A stretch of DNA of 63,866 nt, filler included, from Cladosporium halotolerans (Eukaryota): NCBI RefSeq assembly GCF_011745625.1. It is 7 parts of 7 records of this genome, joined end to end, with 100 filler letters (N's around TTAATTAATTAA, not from the genome) between each part and the next. Parts side by side here need not be neighbours in the genome. Positions count along the whole stretch, not along the records: positions 9,965 to 19,761 come from NW_027191601.1; positions 19,862 to 29,591 come from NW_027191602.1; 5 more parts are not named here. One strand, 5' to 3'. The notes under the pieces are model-generated. The model was not told where the DNA came from and did no database searches. It saw nothing but the letters and a program-made list of their open reading frames with translations. Position 1 is the stretch's first letter. Each line of letters begins with the position of its first letter. This document shows positions 12,126 through 23,266 of the stretch, in pieces. The translations under genes were made by a program, and so were the position numbers.

Positions 12126-13030
12126 TCAATCTGATGCAAGGCTTGTTGACATGTCCATATCGGACATGTTCTCTTCGTCTGCGCTCCGCGACTCTACGGT
12201 CTGGCGGTTTATTAGTGGTGTCACTTTCGTGGTTGACGAAGTGATTAGCTTCCGCCTCTGCGCTAAGGTCATTCTTTGTAGAGTTGATTTCCTCTTCTTG
12301 CTGCCGCTTCCAGAACGGACGTTGTCCGATGGTGACCCGATAGTATCTGACGGCGAACCGAGGGCAATGAGGGCCTCTGACCGATGCCCTGTTGGTGCCG
12401 GTGAGTCTTGTTGGTGTTGAGGCTTCTGTAACAACTCCGATCTGGCAACCTGTCTCAGTTTGACAAAGCTCAAATTGATGCCTTTGTGCCTCTGCCATTT
12501 CGGAGCGAGTTCCCCTGAGTGAAAGGCGTCCTCAAATGGCATCTTCTCCAATGCCTTGACGGGGCGTCCATCACACGCAAACGTAGCGTAGAATTCCACC
12601 TTGAACTTGAATATCCTCACGTATAGATACACGTGACAAATCCTTCTCTTGAGCGTGACAGTCGATCCTGGTAGTTGCCGTTCAAATCTTCCAAATTCGG
12701 TCACCTTGCCAGCCTTGGTGAAGGCGAACTTGTCGTTGTTCCATCCTTCTATGATTTGTTCATCAGAAACGCCGGCCGGTGTTCCGAATACCGAGAGATC
12801 GAGAGAGGGAGGCTCATTCTCGGGGGCAAGGAGCTCGTAGTGTATGGGATGTGACGCTGACAAGCGATCCAGCACAGTCTTCGAGTCGTTCATGTCTTGT
12901 CCTTGCGTGCATATGCGGATCACGGCATCTTCATCATCCTCATTGGTCGATCCGTCTGAATCGCTTCGCAGCCAGAGCGACAACGGTACTTCCTTGGCCG
13001 AGAGAATGTCTGGGCGATGTTTTCTCTTTT
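12126..13030 (-). CDS. Hypothetical protein; 5' part probably separated by the LINE insertion at 13.0-13.9 kb
   Basis: About 300-aa open frame whose apparent start (MIIKRKKKR) is actually the LINE A-rich tail; possible upstream part at 14082-14336. Confidence 0.45.
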
Positions 13031-13730
13031 TTTTTCTTTTAATAATCATATTGCATTCAAGCTAAATAGCTTATGGCACTTCGGCTATCTTCTCAACGAC
13101 TTCTACGGCATCCTGGTGTGCTCTCGCGTTGACCTTTCATAGTACAATTATGCTCGCCGTTCCGGACTCCACCGAGCCGCCACAGCTTTTAGACTTATTG
13201 CCCTCCTACTTTCTTGTCTTTGTCATTCATCATCTTTCCCCTCATCCACGCCCGCTCTCTGCCATCTCTCCCTCTTCAACGCCCCGATCTAATCGTTCAA
13301 TATCCCATGAATCATCTTGGGCACCTTCTCCAGGGAATTTCTTGCCCACCTCTGTATCTTCGAGAAAATGGAGCACTTGTGCCGCGGCTCCTGTTATAAA
13401 CAGAGTCTGCAGGTCTGCTCTGTCGCTTCTCTAGCCGATCGAGATCTCCTTACTGTTCAGCCTTCGTAGCATGGCATCTCGCTGCCTTCGCCATCTTCTG
13501 CATTTGAGCAGTAGATGTTTGACTGATTGCTCGATTGCCCCGCACCACCAACAGTGTGCGTCGAGGGCCTTGCCAACTCTCAAAAGGTAGACACCTGTGA
13601 CCGCGTGGCCAGACTTGAGCTGCAAGTCTCGAGCTCGCACCGATTCCTTGGCATCTTTGACGCTTCTATCAATTTTGCCTTGTGGCTTTCACCTTTCTCT
13701 GATGGCTTGCTTGACGTGAGACAGTGACGC
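13020..13730 (-). mobile_element. LINE family B 3' fragment (knuckle, 3'UTR, A-rich tail)
   Basis: LQLKSGHAVTG...CWWC...HLLLKC matches 9067-9200; 3'UTR GCCATAAGCTA..TAGCTTGAATGCA matches 9617-9642. Confidence 0.9.
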
Positions 13731-13924
13731 CGAGCGCATTGTTCTTGGCTGTTGCCGTGCTGGTAGTTGCGTCGCAAGACTCGCGATTTTGTAGCATTCT
13801 ATGTTTTTGTCACTCGCAAGCCATGTCAGGGCCACTCGAACAGTAGAAACCAAAGAATTGAACGAACAGGAGAGAGAAGGGAAAAATCAATTCCTCAAGA
13901 GACTCACAGACCTTTCACAGCTGC

Positions 13925-13932
13925 AGAGAGAC

Positions 13933-14025
<93 letters not shown>

Positions 14026-14026
14026 A
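13925..14026. repeat. (GA)n microsatellite
   Basis: About 100 nt of near-perfect AG dinucleotide repeat. Confidence 0.97.
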
Positions 14027-14487
14027 GAATCGCGAGGCTCGAGCTTAGAGGCAAACGCACCGCGAGAAAACACCTTCGCCTCTACCGGCCTTTTTCACGT
14101 CTTGCTTTTGCCCTTTCACTACCTCGCTGCGTTTCAAGCAAGCGTGCCTTTTCTGCGAGGCTTGTTCCTGCGTCATCCTCTTTAAAAGGACTTCTTGCTT
14201 CTTTTTTCGAAGGTTCAGGTGCGATTGTTTGGTTCGGTTGCACAGGGCTCAGGAGGTGCGGATGCAAGAGACCGTTTCTGGTGTTCTCGTAGAAGCTTTT
14301 CTTTACTTGCCTTTGTTCCGACGCAAACGAGAGCAAGAATCAGGCTTTCCTCTCTTCTTTACAGAAAGTAGCGTCATTGATCTGTGCGTTTGCAAAACTT
14401 GTAAGAGGGGTGCGTTCTTGAATGCCCGCCGACCCCTCCTCATCTTGCAATTCTCCGTAGACTTATATCGCTGGCGTTCAATAAAGC

Positions 14488-16322
14488 ATGGCGGCCTCCC
14501 AATTCAAATTGCTCCCTTTCAACATGGATTTTGACCAAGCTTATGCAATTGGATTCCTGGGCGCCTTCGCACTTGTCTTACTCGTTCACCAAGTCGTGCG
14601 GGCTGCGCGACATTTGAAGCGGCCTCTAGCAAGGGTATTCAAACGTTACGTTCTACTACCTCGTATTTTCCAAGGTCGCTCTTCCATCAATCCCACTCGG
14701 GGGCAGGTCTTATGCTTTTTCATTCATTGCTCTGTGGCAGGGTTCTACAATATCTACCAAGTTCAGGATGCTCCGGACGCCGCGAGTCGCGCGGCAAGGT
14801 CAGCCTTGCTACACATACTGCCGCTCCTGACACCCAATCATGTATACTTCGTGTCGCACATGTTCGGCTCCTCAATCATTATTGCAGGGCATGCACACTA
14901 TATGCTTGGGTGCATGTCGATCTTCCAAGGCGCGCTGCATTGCGTCCTGCAAGCCTACGAGCAGAATTGGACGCCCAAGATGGGCATCCCCGAAATAGCT
15001 GTAACTCGTATTTACCCAAACCAACCTATTTGTGCTGACTTCAAGGCCAGGTTACCGTCACCATTGCTGTCTTAGTCGCGTCGCCTTTCTGCAGGAGCTA
15101 CTTTTACGAAATCTTCCTACAATTTCATCGAGCGTCGGCCGTGTCACTTGTTGTTGTGCTTTGGATCCATATCGAGCCTGCTCAGAAACTTAGTAGAACG
15201 CTAGTTCTGGCCGGCACATTACTTTACGCGGTTGCATTCGCCTTTCAATTGATCAGACAGATGTACATGAACGTCAACCGACATCTTGAAATCGGCCGAG
15301 TTGAGATCGTTGACAGGGACTGGGGTCTCGATGTCATTGGGGTAAGGCTATCCCATAGATGGACGGTCCAGCCCGGTACCTACGTCCTGTTGACGGTGCT
15401 AAGTTGGAGGCATGCATCCTTCCTGCAAAGGCATCCTCTGATGGTGGCTTGGATCGAAAGCTCGGACGGCGAGTCAACGATATATTTCGTTGTGCAGCCA
15501 CAGAAAGGTTGGACGGGCTGTCTCAGCACTTCATTGGTCGATCGAAAGATCTGGCTGGACGGTTTGTATGGGAAGCCATATGACGCGGGATCTCGCGACC
15601 TCTCCGACCATGACACTGTCCTTCTGGTCGCAGAAGAAAGCGGCATATTCGCGCATCTGCTCATCCTCAGGCACTTAGTGAAAAGCGTGAATTGCGGTGC
15701 CATGAAGACGAGGCGCATCATCTTATACTGGAAAGCACGAGGCTTTCACGACAGGATCAGGTTTTGGCTCACGGAAGTAGTCGTGGAAACTGATGGATAC
15801 CTAACTGTAATGACCATCTGTGCTTTCTGTAGTCTATAGCTGACAGGCCGCAGTTCCTGGACATGAACATACACTACCCTCCCGACAGAATCCTCCCGAA
15901 GGAGAAATTCGAGAGAATCACGAACCACATTACCGAATCGAGCGTCGAAGAATACGTCCAGAAGGCAATGGCTTTGAAGGGGAGCAGCAGAATCGCTATA
16001 GTTGGTGAGTCTGGTACAAAAACTGCCCCTAAATATAACATCAAATTAATATGAACGAGTATCCGCGGGTAAGCAGATGAGACATGAAGCAAGAGCTGCC
16101 GTGTTGAAGCGCAACTTGAGCGGCGTGAAAAGTGAGCGACGAGAAGCAAAAGGCGAAGTAACAGTGCCAGCAATGAATCAACGTGAGCTGAGCGTGTCCA
16201 GATTCAAAGAAGAGAGAGGTAAGCTCTCCCGGGAAGAACCGACGGTCATGCGTGATAGCGGATGGTACGATCTGGAACTGTACGAGCATGATTTTCAGCC
16301 ACAAGATGTCGATCTTTTTTGA
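14488..16322 (+). CDS. Ferric reductase-like (FRE/NOX family) transmembrane protein, multi-exon
   Basis: TM helices with heme-type His (HAHYMLG..ALH, FHR..WIH), FAD-binding PGTYV..QRHPLMVAW, WLDGLYG, VLLVAEESGI, terminal LELYEHDFQP; GT-AG introns near 15001, 15807 and 16005. Confidence 0.8.
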
Positions 16323-17003
16323 TTATGTAGAATCATTTCGTTGACTCGATACAGTCTGATTTTGAATTTGATGTAACATTACAGTGAAGATCGTAATCTG
16401 TAATTTCGCGTCCTCGCCTCGCCCAGCCTGTTGGTGATGCGCGCCCGAACCTGCCTGTCTTGCAACAATGAGCGACAAAAGGGGTCTCTAATGTTGGTAT
16501 AAGATTACTGTCTCTATCAGTTGACTTGACGAGGACATTGCCGTGCCTTTAGCATAATGTTACATCCTGGAATACAGGTGAGCTGTCGAGATGCAAAAGC
16601 ATTCCGAGACGTCTCTATCCATCCCTAGCAGCAGTGAAAAGGGAAGAAGACGCGGATAAAGGTTCGCGAAGAAGCCCATCATGCAATTCTATCATACGGA
16701 GCGTTGATGCAAACATGCTACACTTCTTGAGATCACCGTAGTAACGTTCGCTGTCGCTGCGTGTGACGCCAAGGGATACAGGCTGCGCGTCAAAAGGGGA
16801 AGTGAAGCTGCGGCAGCGACCGCGATGAACCTGACAACGTTTATAAGCTCGGTAAGACTATCCACTTTACCCAGTGCGGCTGCAGCGAGACAAAGACACT
16901 AAAGACGGGAGGCCTGGTACTCGAGCTTTGCGAGCGCACAGCACATGAATTATCAAAATCATTCGCGATAAATTTGCTCTGGACTGCATCGACCACCTCC
17001 TCT

Positions 17004-19600
17004 TTAGCGGAACATTCCGAATTTTCTCTTTTTCTTTTTCTCGGGGTCTTCGTCATGCTCTCGCTTTACAGGAATGACTTTCTTTGGATCCGAGGGAGGA
17101 GGCGGCAGCCATATAGTTTCTCGATTATCAGGACGTCCACGGTTCTGGGCTCCACTTGATCTGCTACCTGCTCTTTCCAATTGTACTTTACGGTTGTCGG
17201 GGGTTAAATGACTATCTCGAGGTTTATTACTGATCAACCGCGTCGAGTCGGGTGAAAGAGAAGGCTGTGTTATCCTCTCCAGAGGTTTGGTGGAGGATCG
17301 TTCTGGCTTGACGGCAGTACAGCTCGCTCTCGCTGCTTCCCCCGAGAAACTATGAGTACTTGATCCTCTTCTTGAAGTAGTCTCGCGTTCCCTTGAAGAC
17401 CCTGTGGGCGATATGGTACCTTCCGAAGTCGGCTTTGAGGAGCAAAGCCGATCGAGGTAACTCATAGTGCTGGACTGACCACAAGACTGAGAGCCATCTC
17501 TGGCTCGATTGATGTCGACAGACAGTTGTTGAATACTCCTGGTACTCACTGAGTATCTTGATGATGCGGACTTGCTCGGAAAGCCTCCGGATGGCGGCTG
17601 CATGATGCATATCCTGTCGCTAGCTTCCTCATGCATACCGTCGAAGTCTCCGTATTCAGCGTCCTCGCAATCACTGGCTTGTAGACCCGATTTCACTTTA
17701 GTAGCCAAGTCTTCGTCGGCTTCTATCGTCTGGAAAGGATTACCTTTCCGCAGGATCTCATATATAGCATCGTTGTCGCGAGCCGGTCGTTTGTGTCTGC
17801 GATACTGAGTCCGTACTTTCGATGCTCTGTTTCCTTTCGCCTTTCCAAATCTCCTGTAAGATGCTGCTGAATGACATGGGGAGCGAGTGTCGTGGTTTTG
17901 TCGAGGTAGTTCGCTAAGTCCTGGATCGTCCACCCACCTTTCGACCTCAGAGGGTCTCCAACAACAGTGTATAATATCCCGTGCAACGGCATAATAGGTT
18001 GCATGTGTTTTTTGTTGAGTGTCTGATGTACTAAAAACGTAACTCGCATCTATGACGTCCCTCACTTGGATATAGTTTCTTTTTGATGGCCTGTTGCATC
18101 TGTCTTCCCAAGCTAGGGAGACGACGTTGCTGCTTAGCTCCGGGTTCCGAAAGACCCTTTTGGCTTCGGTCTTCTCGATTGGATGGCCAACTTTCGCCTT
18201 CTCGATCTCCTTGGTCCTAAAGCCAAGTTGGAAAGCCAGATGAGCCAGTTGCGCCCGTTTCGCTGCCGGAGAATCATGGAACGCAGCGCAAATGTCGGAA
18301 GGCGTACGATCCTGTAACGGCTCACTTGCTTTGCCATCCGACAGATACGGAAATTCTCTCATAGCTTTGAGCCAGAGGTTGACGTAGCAGTCTCGAAAAT
18401 TGCCGGGACGTTCCCAAAGATGCTGTTGTTCTGACGGCACACCTAGTTCTCTCTGGTGGTCGGGAACCCATCTCTGGTGACATAGTTCCTCGAAGCTGGA
18501 AGTCCCCAGTCTACGGATAGGCGGTATGAGGGCCTTCAATCCTTCGAAGCACGCCCGGATGTAGATGAAATCGCCAAAGAACGATTCAAAAGTCACAATA
18601 CGCTTGCATCTCAGAACCCGCTTGCAGATGCTACGACGCTGGACAGCATCCTTGATAAAGGGAAACACTTTGCCAGCAGCGAATAGCTCGAGTACGGTAT
18701 CGCAATCGTGCGACGAATATGCCGGAAATAGCATCTGCAATGCCAATACGGTTGATTCGTCGAGATCTTTGGAGAGAACATCGGCACCCAAGATGTAGTC
18801 CCAGGTCTGCTTGATAGCGTATAGGTACGCATAGACTTCCTTCGCTCATGTCACTACAATGTCATCTTTGAGAAAGGAAGTGACTTTACCTCGCGACAAC
18901 GCATTGAAAGGATGGGCTCCCAATTTCCAGTCTTGCACTGCAGCCCTCTATATTGCAAAACTTCTCGCACCGCATAGCTCAGCTTGCCACCATCATCCCT
19001 TCGGAGCTGCTTGTACGTGTTCTGATGGGTTTTTGACATATTAGAGTTACTCATCCAGACATTGAGGGTGTCTGTGTCCTCCTCGTTCAAGAGCATCAGA
19101 AGATCTCGTCCATTGAGCCCATTGGATGATTTTCGATTGGATTGCAAGAGGCTTACAAATGCCTTCGACGTTATATCTGTGTGTAATCAGTACTAGCTCT
19201 ATTTGATCATTTCAGAGGTTACCCGACTTTGATTGTAAAGTCTAACCGACCAAAACGAATGGCTCTCACGAAGGAACTTTCTTCCTGCTTGAAGGCGGTG
19301 TATGCCGTAGAGAGGCCGCAGATTTTCTGGAAATGATAGAATGCAACTGCTTTTCTCTGAGTTCGACAGTGCCGAGAGGGAAAGGTTTGCCTGAGCAAGC
19401 GCATCCTCCAGCTTGCTTGGATCCACAAGAGCGGGCACAGCATGGGTCCTAGTATTGTTGATGCAACCAATTTGAGGATGGCTGAAGTCCTCCACCAGCC
19501 TCTTCACAGTATCGGCTCTGACGTGCCTCATTGGATCCGGCTCGAGGTTGCTCAGTTTTATGAGGGCTAGGCCTAAGAAATACGGATCTTCTGCAGCCAT
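17004..19600 (-). CDS. DUF3723-family protein (Starship-associated), multi-exon
   Basis: N-terminal F-LGLALIKL..VKRL..F...GC...HAVPALV and LYGIHRLQAG..FW-VRLY; later exons TVLALQMLFP..S..D, VFP, I.TF..FF.D..Y, YVNLWLKAMREF, LAHLAFQLGFRT. Family recognised by eye. Confidence 0.75.
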
Positions 19601-19947
19601 TCAATTCCGTTCGCTTGGCGAGCGTGAATAGTGGTGAAGAGTTGGAGGTTCCCCGTTCTTGAACCTAGCTGATGACCAGGTTCAGTAGAGAGCTCCTACT
19701 TTGGAACTGCATTCTGGGCCCCCTGGCCACCGTGACCTCACCATTCCTGTTAACACCCCCCNNNNNNNNNNNNNNNNNNNNNNNNNNNNNNNNNNNNNNN
19801 NNNNNTTAATTAATTAANNNNNNNNNNNNNNNNNNNNNNNNNNNNNNNNNNNNNNNNNNNNTCATTCCCAGACATCCATGTTCATATCATGTCGGAATGA
19901 TGAACATGACATGACGTAATGAACATAATGAACATAATGGACTGTCG

Positions 19948-20864
19948 GTGTACTCTCTGCCAAGCCGCCATGATGGTGATCGTGAAAGGTTCATTCTCGC
20001 GGAAAGACTGTGGGAGCAGTCTGTCCATGATCGGTCACGCATGCTTGCCGCGAGTTTCAACAAAAAGCCTAACAAGCCTATCCAAGAATTCATCTATCCC
20101 TACAACGTTGGGGACCTGTTGCGCCCGACATTCTTTTGCCCCTTTGACATGGAGCGGATTGGAAAGCTGGGTGATGGCGGAAAATGGGTCTGCGGCATGT
20201 CTCGCCTCGAGGCACAGTCCCATGGCCCGTCGTCCGATGCCAACCCGGACGCAACACTTGTCGTGTACTCTTTTGGCGTGGAACACGACTCTTCCTTTGA
20301 GGCAGCACTTCTCGCACGTTTGAATGCCGAAATCTGGGGCTTCGACTACTCTGTCGACGGGTGGGCCGATGAAGTCCCGCCGAACTCGCGGGCCCATTTC
20401 ACCAAAGCTGCCATTTCGGCAACTACTGACAGGCAACAGTCGCCGCCAAAACTGGCGGTGCATGACATTATGGCGGCAAACGGTCATGATTTTATCCATA
20501 TTATGAAGATGGATATTGAGGGATCGGAATTTGAGGCTTTGGAAGCCTTTATCGCCTGGGCAGAGGAAGCTGGGAAGAAGGTCTTACCCGTTGGGCAGTT
20601 GCTCTTGGAGCTTCATCTCGTAACCGGAGACGGTCGCCCGAGTACCGTAGACGCACTCGTGAAGTGGTCCAGAGGCTGGAGGAATTTGGCATGAGACCGG
20701 CTTTCAACGAGCACAATTGGATCGGCGATGTTGGTACTGGCCGTCCACGATTCATTGAGGTAATCTCCATACTCCTGAAGCTCACATTGGTGTACGGAGA
20801 AGCACCTCTGACCACATTGATCCAGTACACTCTCATCAACATTGAATATTATAGAACGCTCTGA
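19948..20864 (+). CDS. SAM-dependent methyltransferase (Methyltransf_22/METTL24-like), 5' truncated, apparent 1-nt frameshift near 20668
   Basis: CPFDMERIGKLGDGGKWVCG, VYSFGV..DSSFE, MKMDIEGSEF, GQLLLELH; reading continues VQRLEEFGMRPAFNEHNW in another frame. Confidence 0.8.
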
Positions 20865-21320
20865 TCTGAGACTGCCGCCAATCGACATTCAGATACGGTG
20901 TCTCGACTGCATTGGCTAACCTGTCTCTGGTCATCTCAACCAGCCTTTACGTAGGGCACGTCCAAGTTCTGCTAGGGGACGTCTTCCAGCTGTAGCTCCA
21001 CGAATCAAGCTCATTGAACTCAAGTCTCCTTCCTATTGCCTTAGATTGCGAATGTCAACATCCGATAAGAGGCTTTTTCCCAACTGCTCGCGTGCGGAGA
21101 TTGACTTGTGTAAACTTTTGTCCACCGGCAGGCTCCCCGAACACGCGGTCAAAGTGACATTCCTGAGAAAAGATACTGATGTGTAGTGTGTTCCTTTCAT
21201 TGGTTGAAGCAGGTGGAATATAGCTGTTAACAATGGAACGACCGGTCCCTATCTGCGTATACCTACATATTTGTTTCACTCATCACTTTTGCGACTTGGC
21301 TGTGGTTTTGCTCAGATCGT

Positions 21321-22712
21321 TCAGCGCACATACGGGGAGCTTTCTGACAGCTTTGTCTGCGCTTGATGTGCGTTCTCTTCAGGCGAAGGCACAGGACCAT
21401 GGACATTTCGTTCTTCCAGACCGCGGCTACGCGGCGATTTGTCTAGAAAAACAATTTGAACAGGTACCTCGAACTTGAACTGCGTGATTGGATTGGCCAT
21501 GGTGTGGCAACTAAGCCGGAGCTGTAGAGTGTGGCGTCGCGATATGTAGGGCGTGAAAAACGTCGTGGCGCAATCTTGTGTCGCGTCGACGGTAAGGTAC
21601 AGACGCTGCTCCATGTGCCATGCAAAACATCCCTCCTCGCCGCAGGGGGTGTCAGTGGCATCCATGCACGATTCTTGCCCAGAGTCAAACGTAACCCCCT
21701 GCAGACTGTCATGCCAATGTGTAGATTGCCAGTCGCGGAGAATCATCTTCCCTGAGCGTTCCGGCGTGCAGACCGAAGTGCGAGCAATAAAAGCGTTGGA
21801 CATGGATTCGGCACGAGTCGGGATTTCCTGCATAGGGATGACGGCGACAAAAGTTGTGGTCTTCAACGACCAGTCCATGGTCATGTGAACGACGTCAGGT
21901 CGAAAATCTGCATCCGAACTTGCATGCGGAAGCTGAGAAAGTCGGGAAATAGTCGCCAAAGCGATCGCGCTTGCGCCATCACTCGGGGAGCCCAAAACCA
22001 GGCGGAGGGCTTGCGGCTCAATGACCTCCATAGTCATGTGCGGTAGGGTATTGGGCCCGATGATCTTCCGCAAAAACCAAGATTTCAGTTTGCCTCCAGC
22101 CAGTGACTTACTCATCGCGCACCTATATTCGTCTGGGAAATCGTCCAGTGGTATAGGAGGTGGAAGATCCATGACGCAATTGACCACCTTGATGTCGACC
22201 TCATGCGTGCAGATGACGGCATCGCCGCGGTGCAGGAAGGCTTCGATTCGGTATTTCACAGATCCATTGGCTCGGACATTGCTGCCCGACCCTTGGAGAT
22301 AGCCCTTTCCCATAGCTAGGGTCGGGGGATAGCAAGGAGTCTGGCTTGATACTCCCACGTGATCCTGCGGCTTGGACGGTGGAGCAACAAAAGCAAATGG
22401 TATGCTGAGTCCTTGCTCGACCTCGCCTCCATCGACGGTACGAATTTTCGCATGCGTGTTGACAAGCTCTAGAAACTGACATTGTTAGTCCTGAGCTTGA
22501 GAGAGAACGGCATGGGCTCTCCGTGGCTTACGACCTGCTTGAGACTGCGCACTTGCACCAAGCCGTTGGAGCAAATGCCTAGAGTGAATCCGGTTTCGAG
22601 TATACCTGTGAGGCGCATCAGCGGTGCGCGCTAGCTGAGCTTGACTTGCCAGACCTTTCAGCACGATCTTGATCACGTCCGTCGCTTGCGCCGTCTGATG
22701 AGCTACGTGCAC
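21321..22712 (-). CDS. Arrestin-like protein, multi-exon; 5' boundary uncertain
   Basis: PFAF-type segment, PPTL, VKYRIEA, TTFFTPYISRRHTLQLRL..FEVPVQIV are typical of fungal arrestin-fold proteins. Confidence 0.5.
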
Positions 22713-23266
22713 AGTACCGCATATCGTCCCGGGCAGGGCAAATGTTGGAATGTGACATTAATCTAGGAAATTGCCCTCAGGAAAGCTAAGAATAATGGCC
22801 GGTCTGTCCATGGGGGCTGAGAAATGACACAAAGAATGTCGAATCGAAGGTAAGAGACTCTCCGTCGTGAGGCAATGAATCGGTCAATCACGCCCTTATC
22901 TGTTGACAAACAGACTAATCCATGCATATGGTCCTGCGTGGCGTCCTTCGCGAGTCGTATGTTCCGCCAAATGATCGCGGCGATACCCGTGGCGCACGTA
23001 TCAACAGGGACGCGACCCGGCGCTTTCGCCGGGATGGACATATATTCAACGGCGACGTATTTGATGACCATGCGCTCGGCTATCGCGTGGGGAGTGCAAG
23101 ACTCTAGTGGACCTTTTGACATTATGGACAAATTTGCCACGAGTGTAACTTATACATACGCTCGGAGGATTTCGCGAAAGCTTCATTCGTCTCGGGCTAC
23201 TAATGATTCAGTGGTCATAACCCCTTCGATGAATTGATCTACTCTACTCTACAATGTGCATGAAGT

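Noticed and set aside
13767..14292. ORFs with long RE-repeat tracts
   Set aside because: These are translations of the (GA)n microsatellite.
9965..19761. Starship captain (DUF3435) or Spok meiotic-drive gene
   Set aside because: No tyrosine-recombinase catalytic pattern or Spok kinase/nuclease motifs recognised in any ORF.
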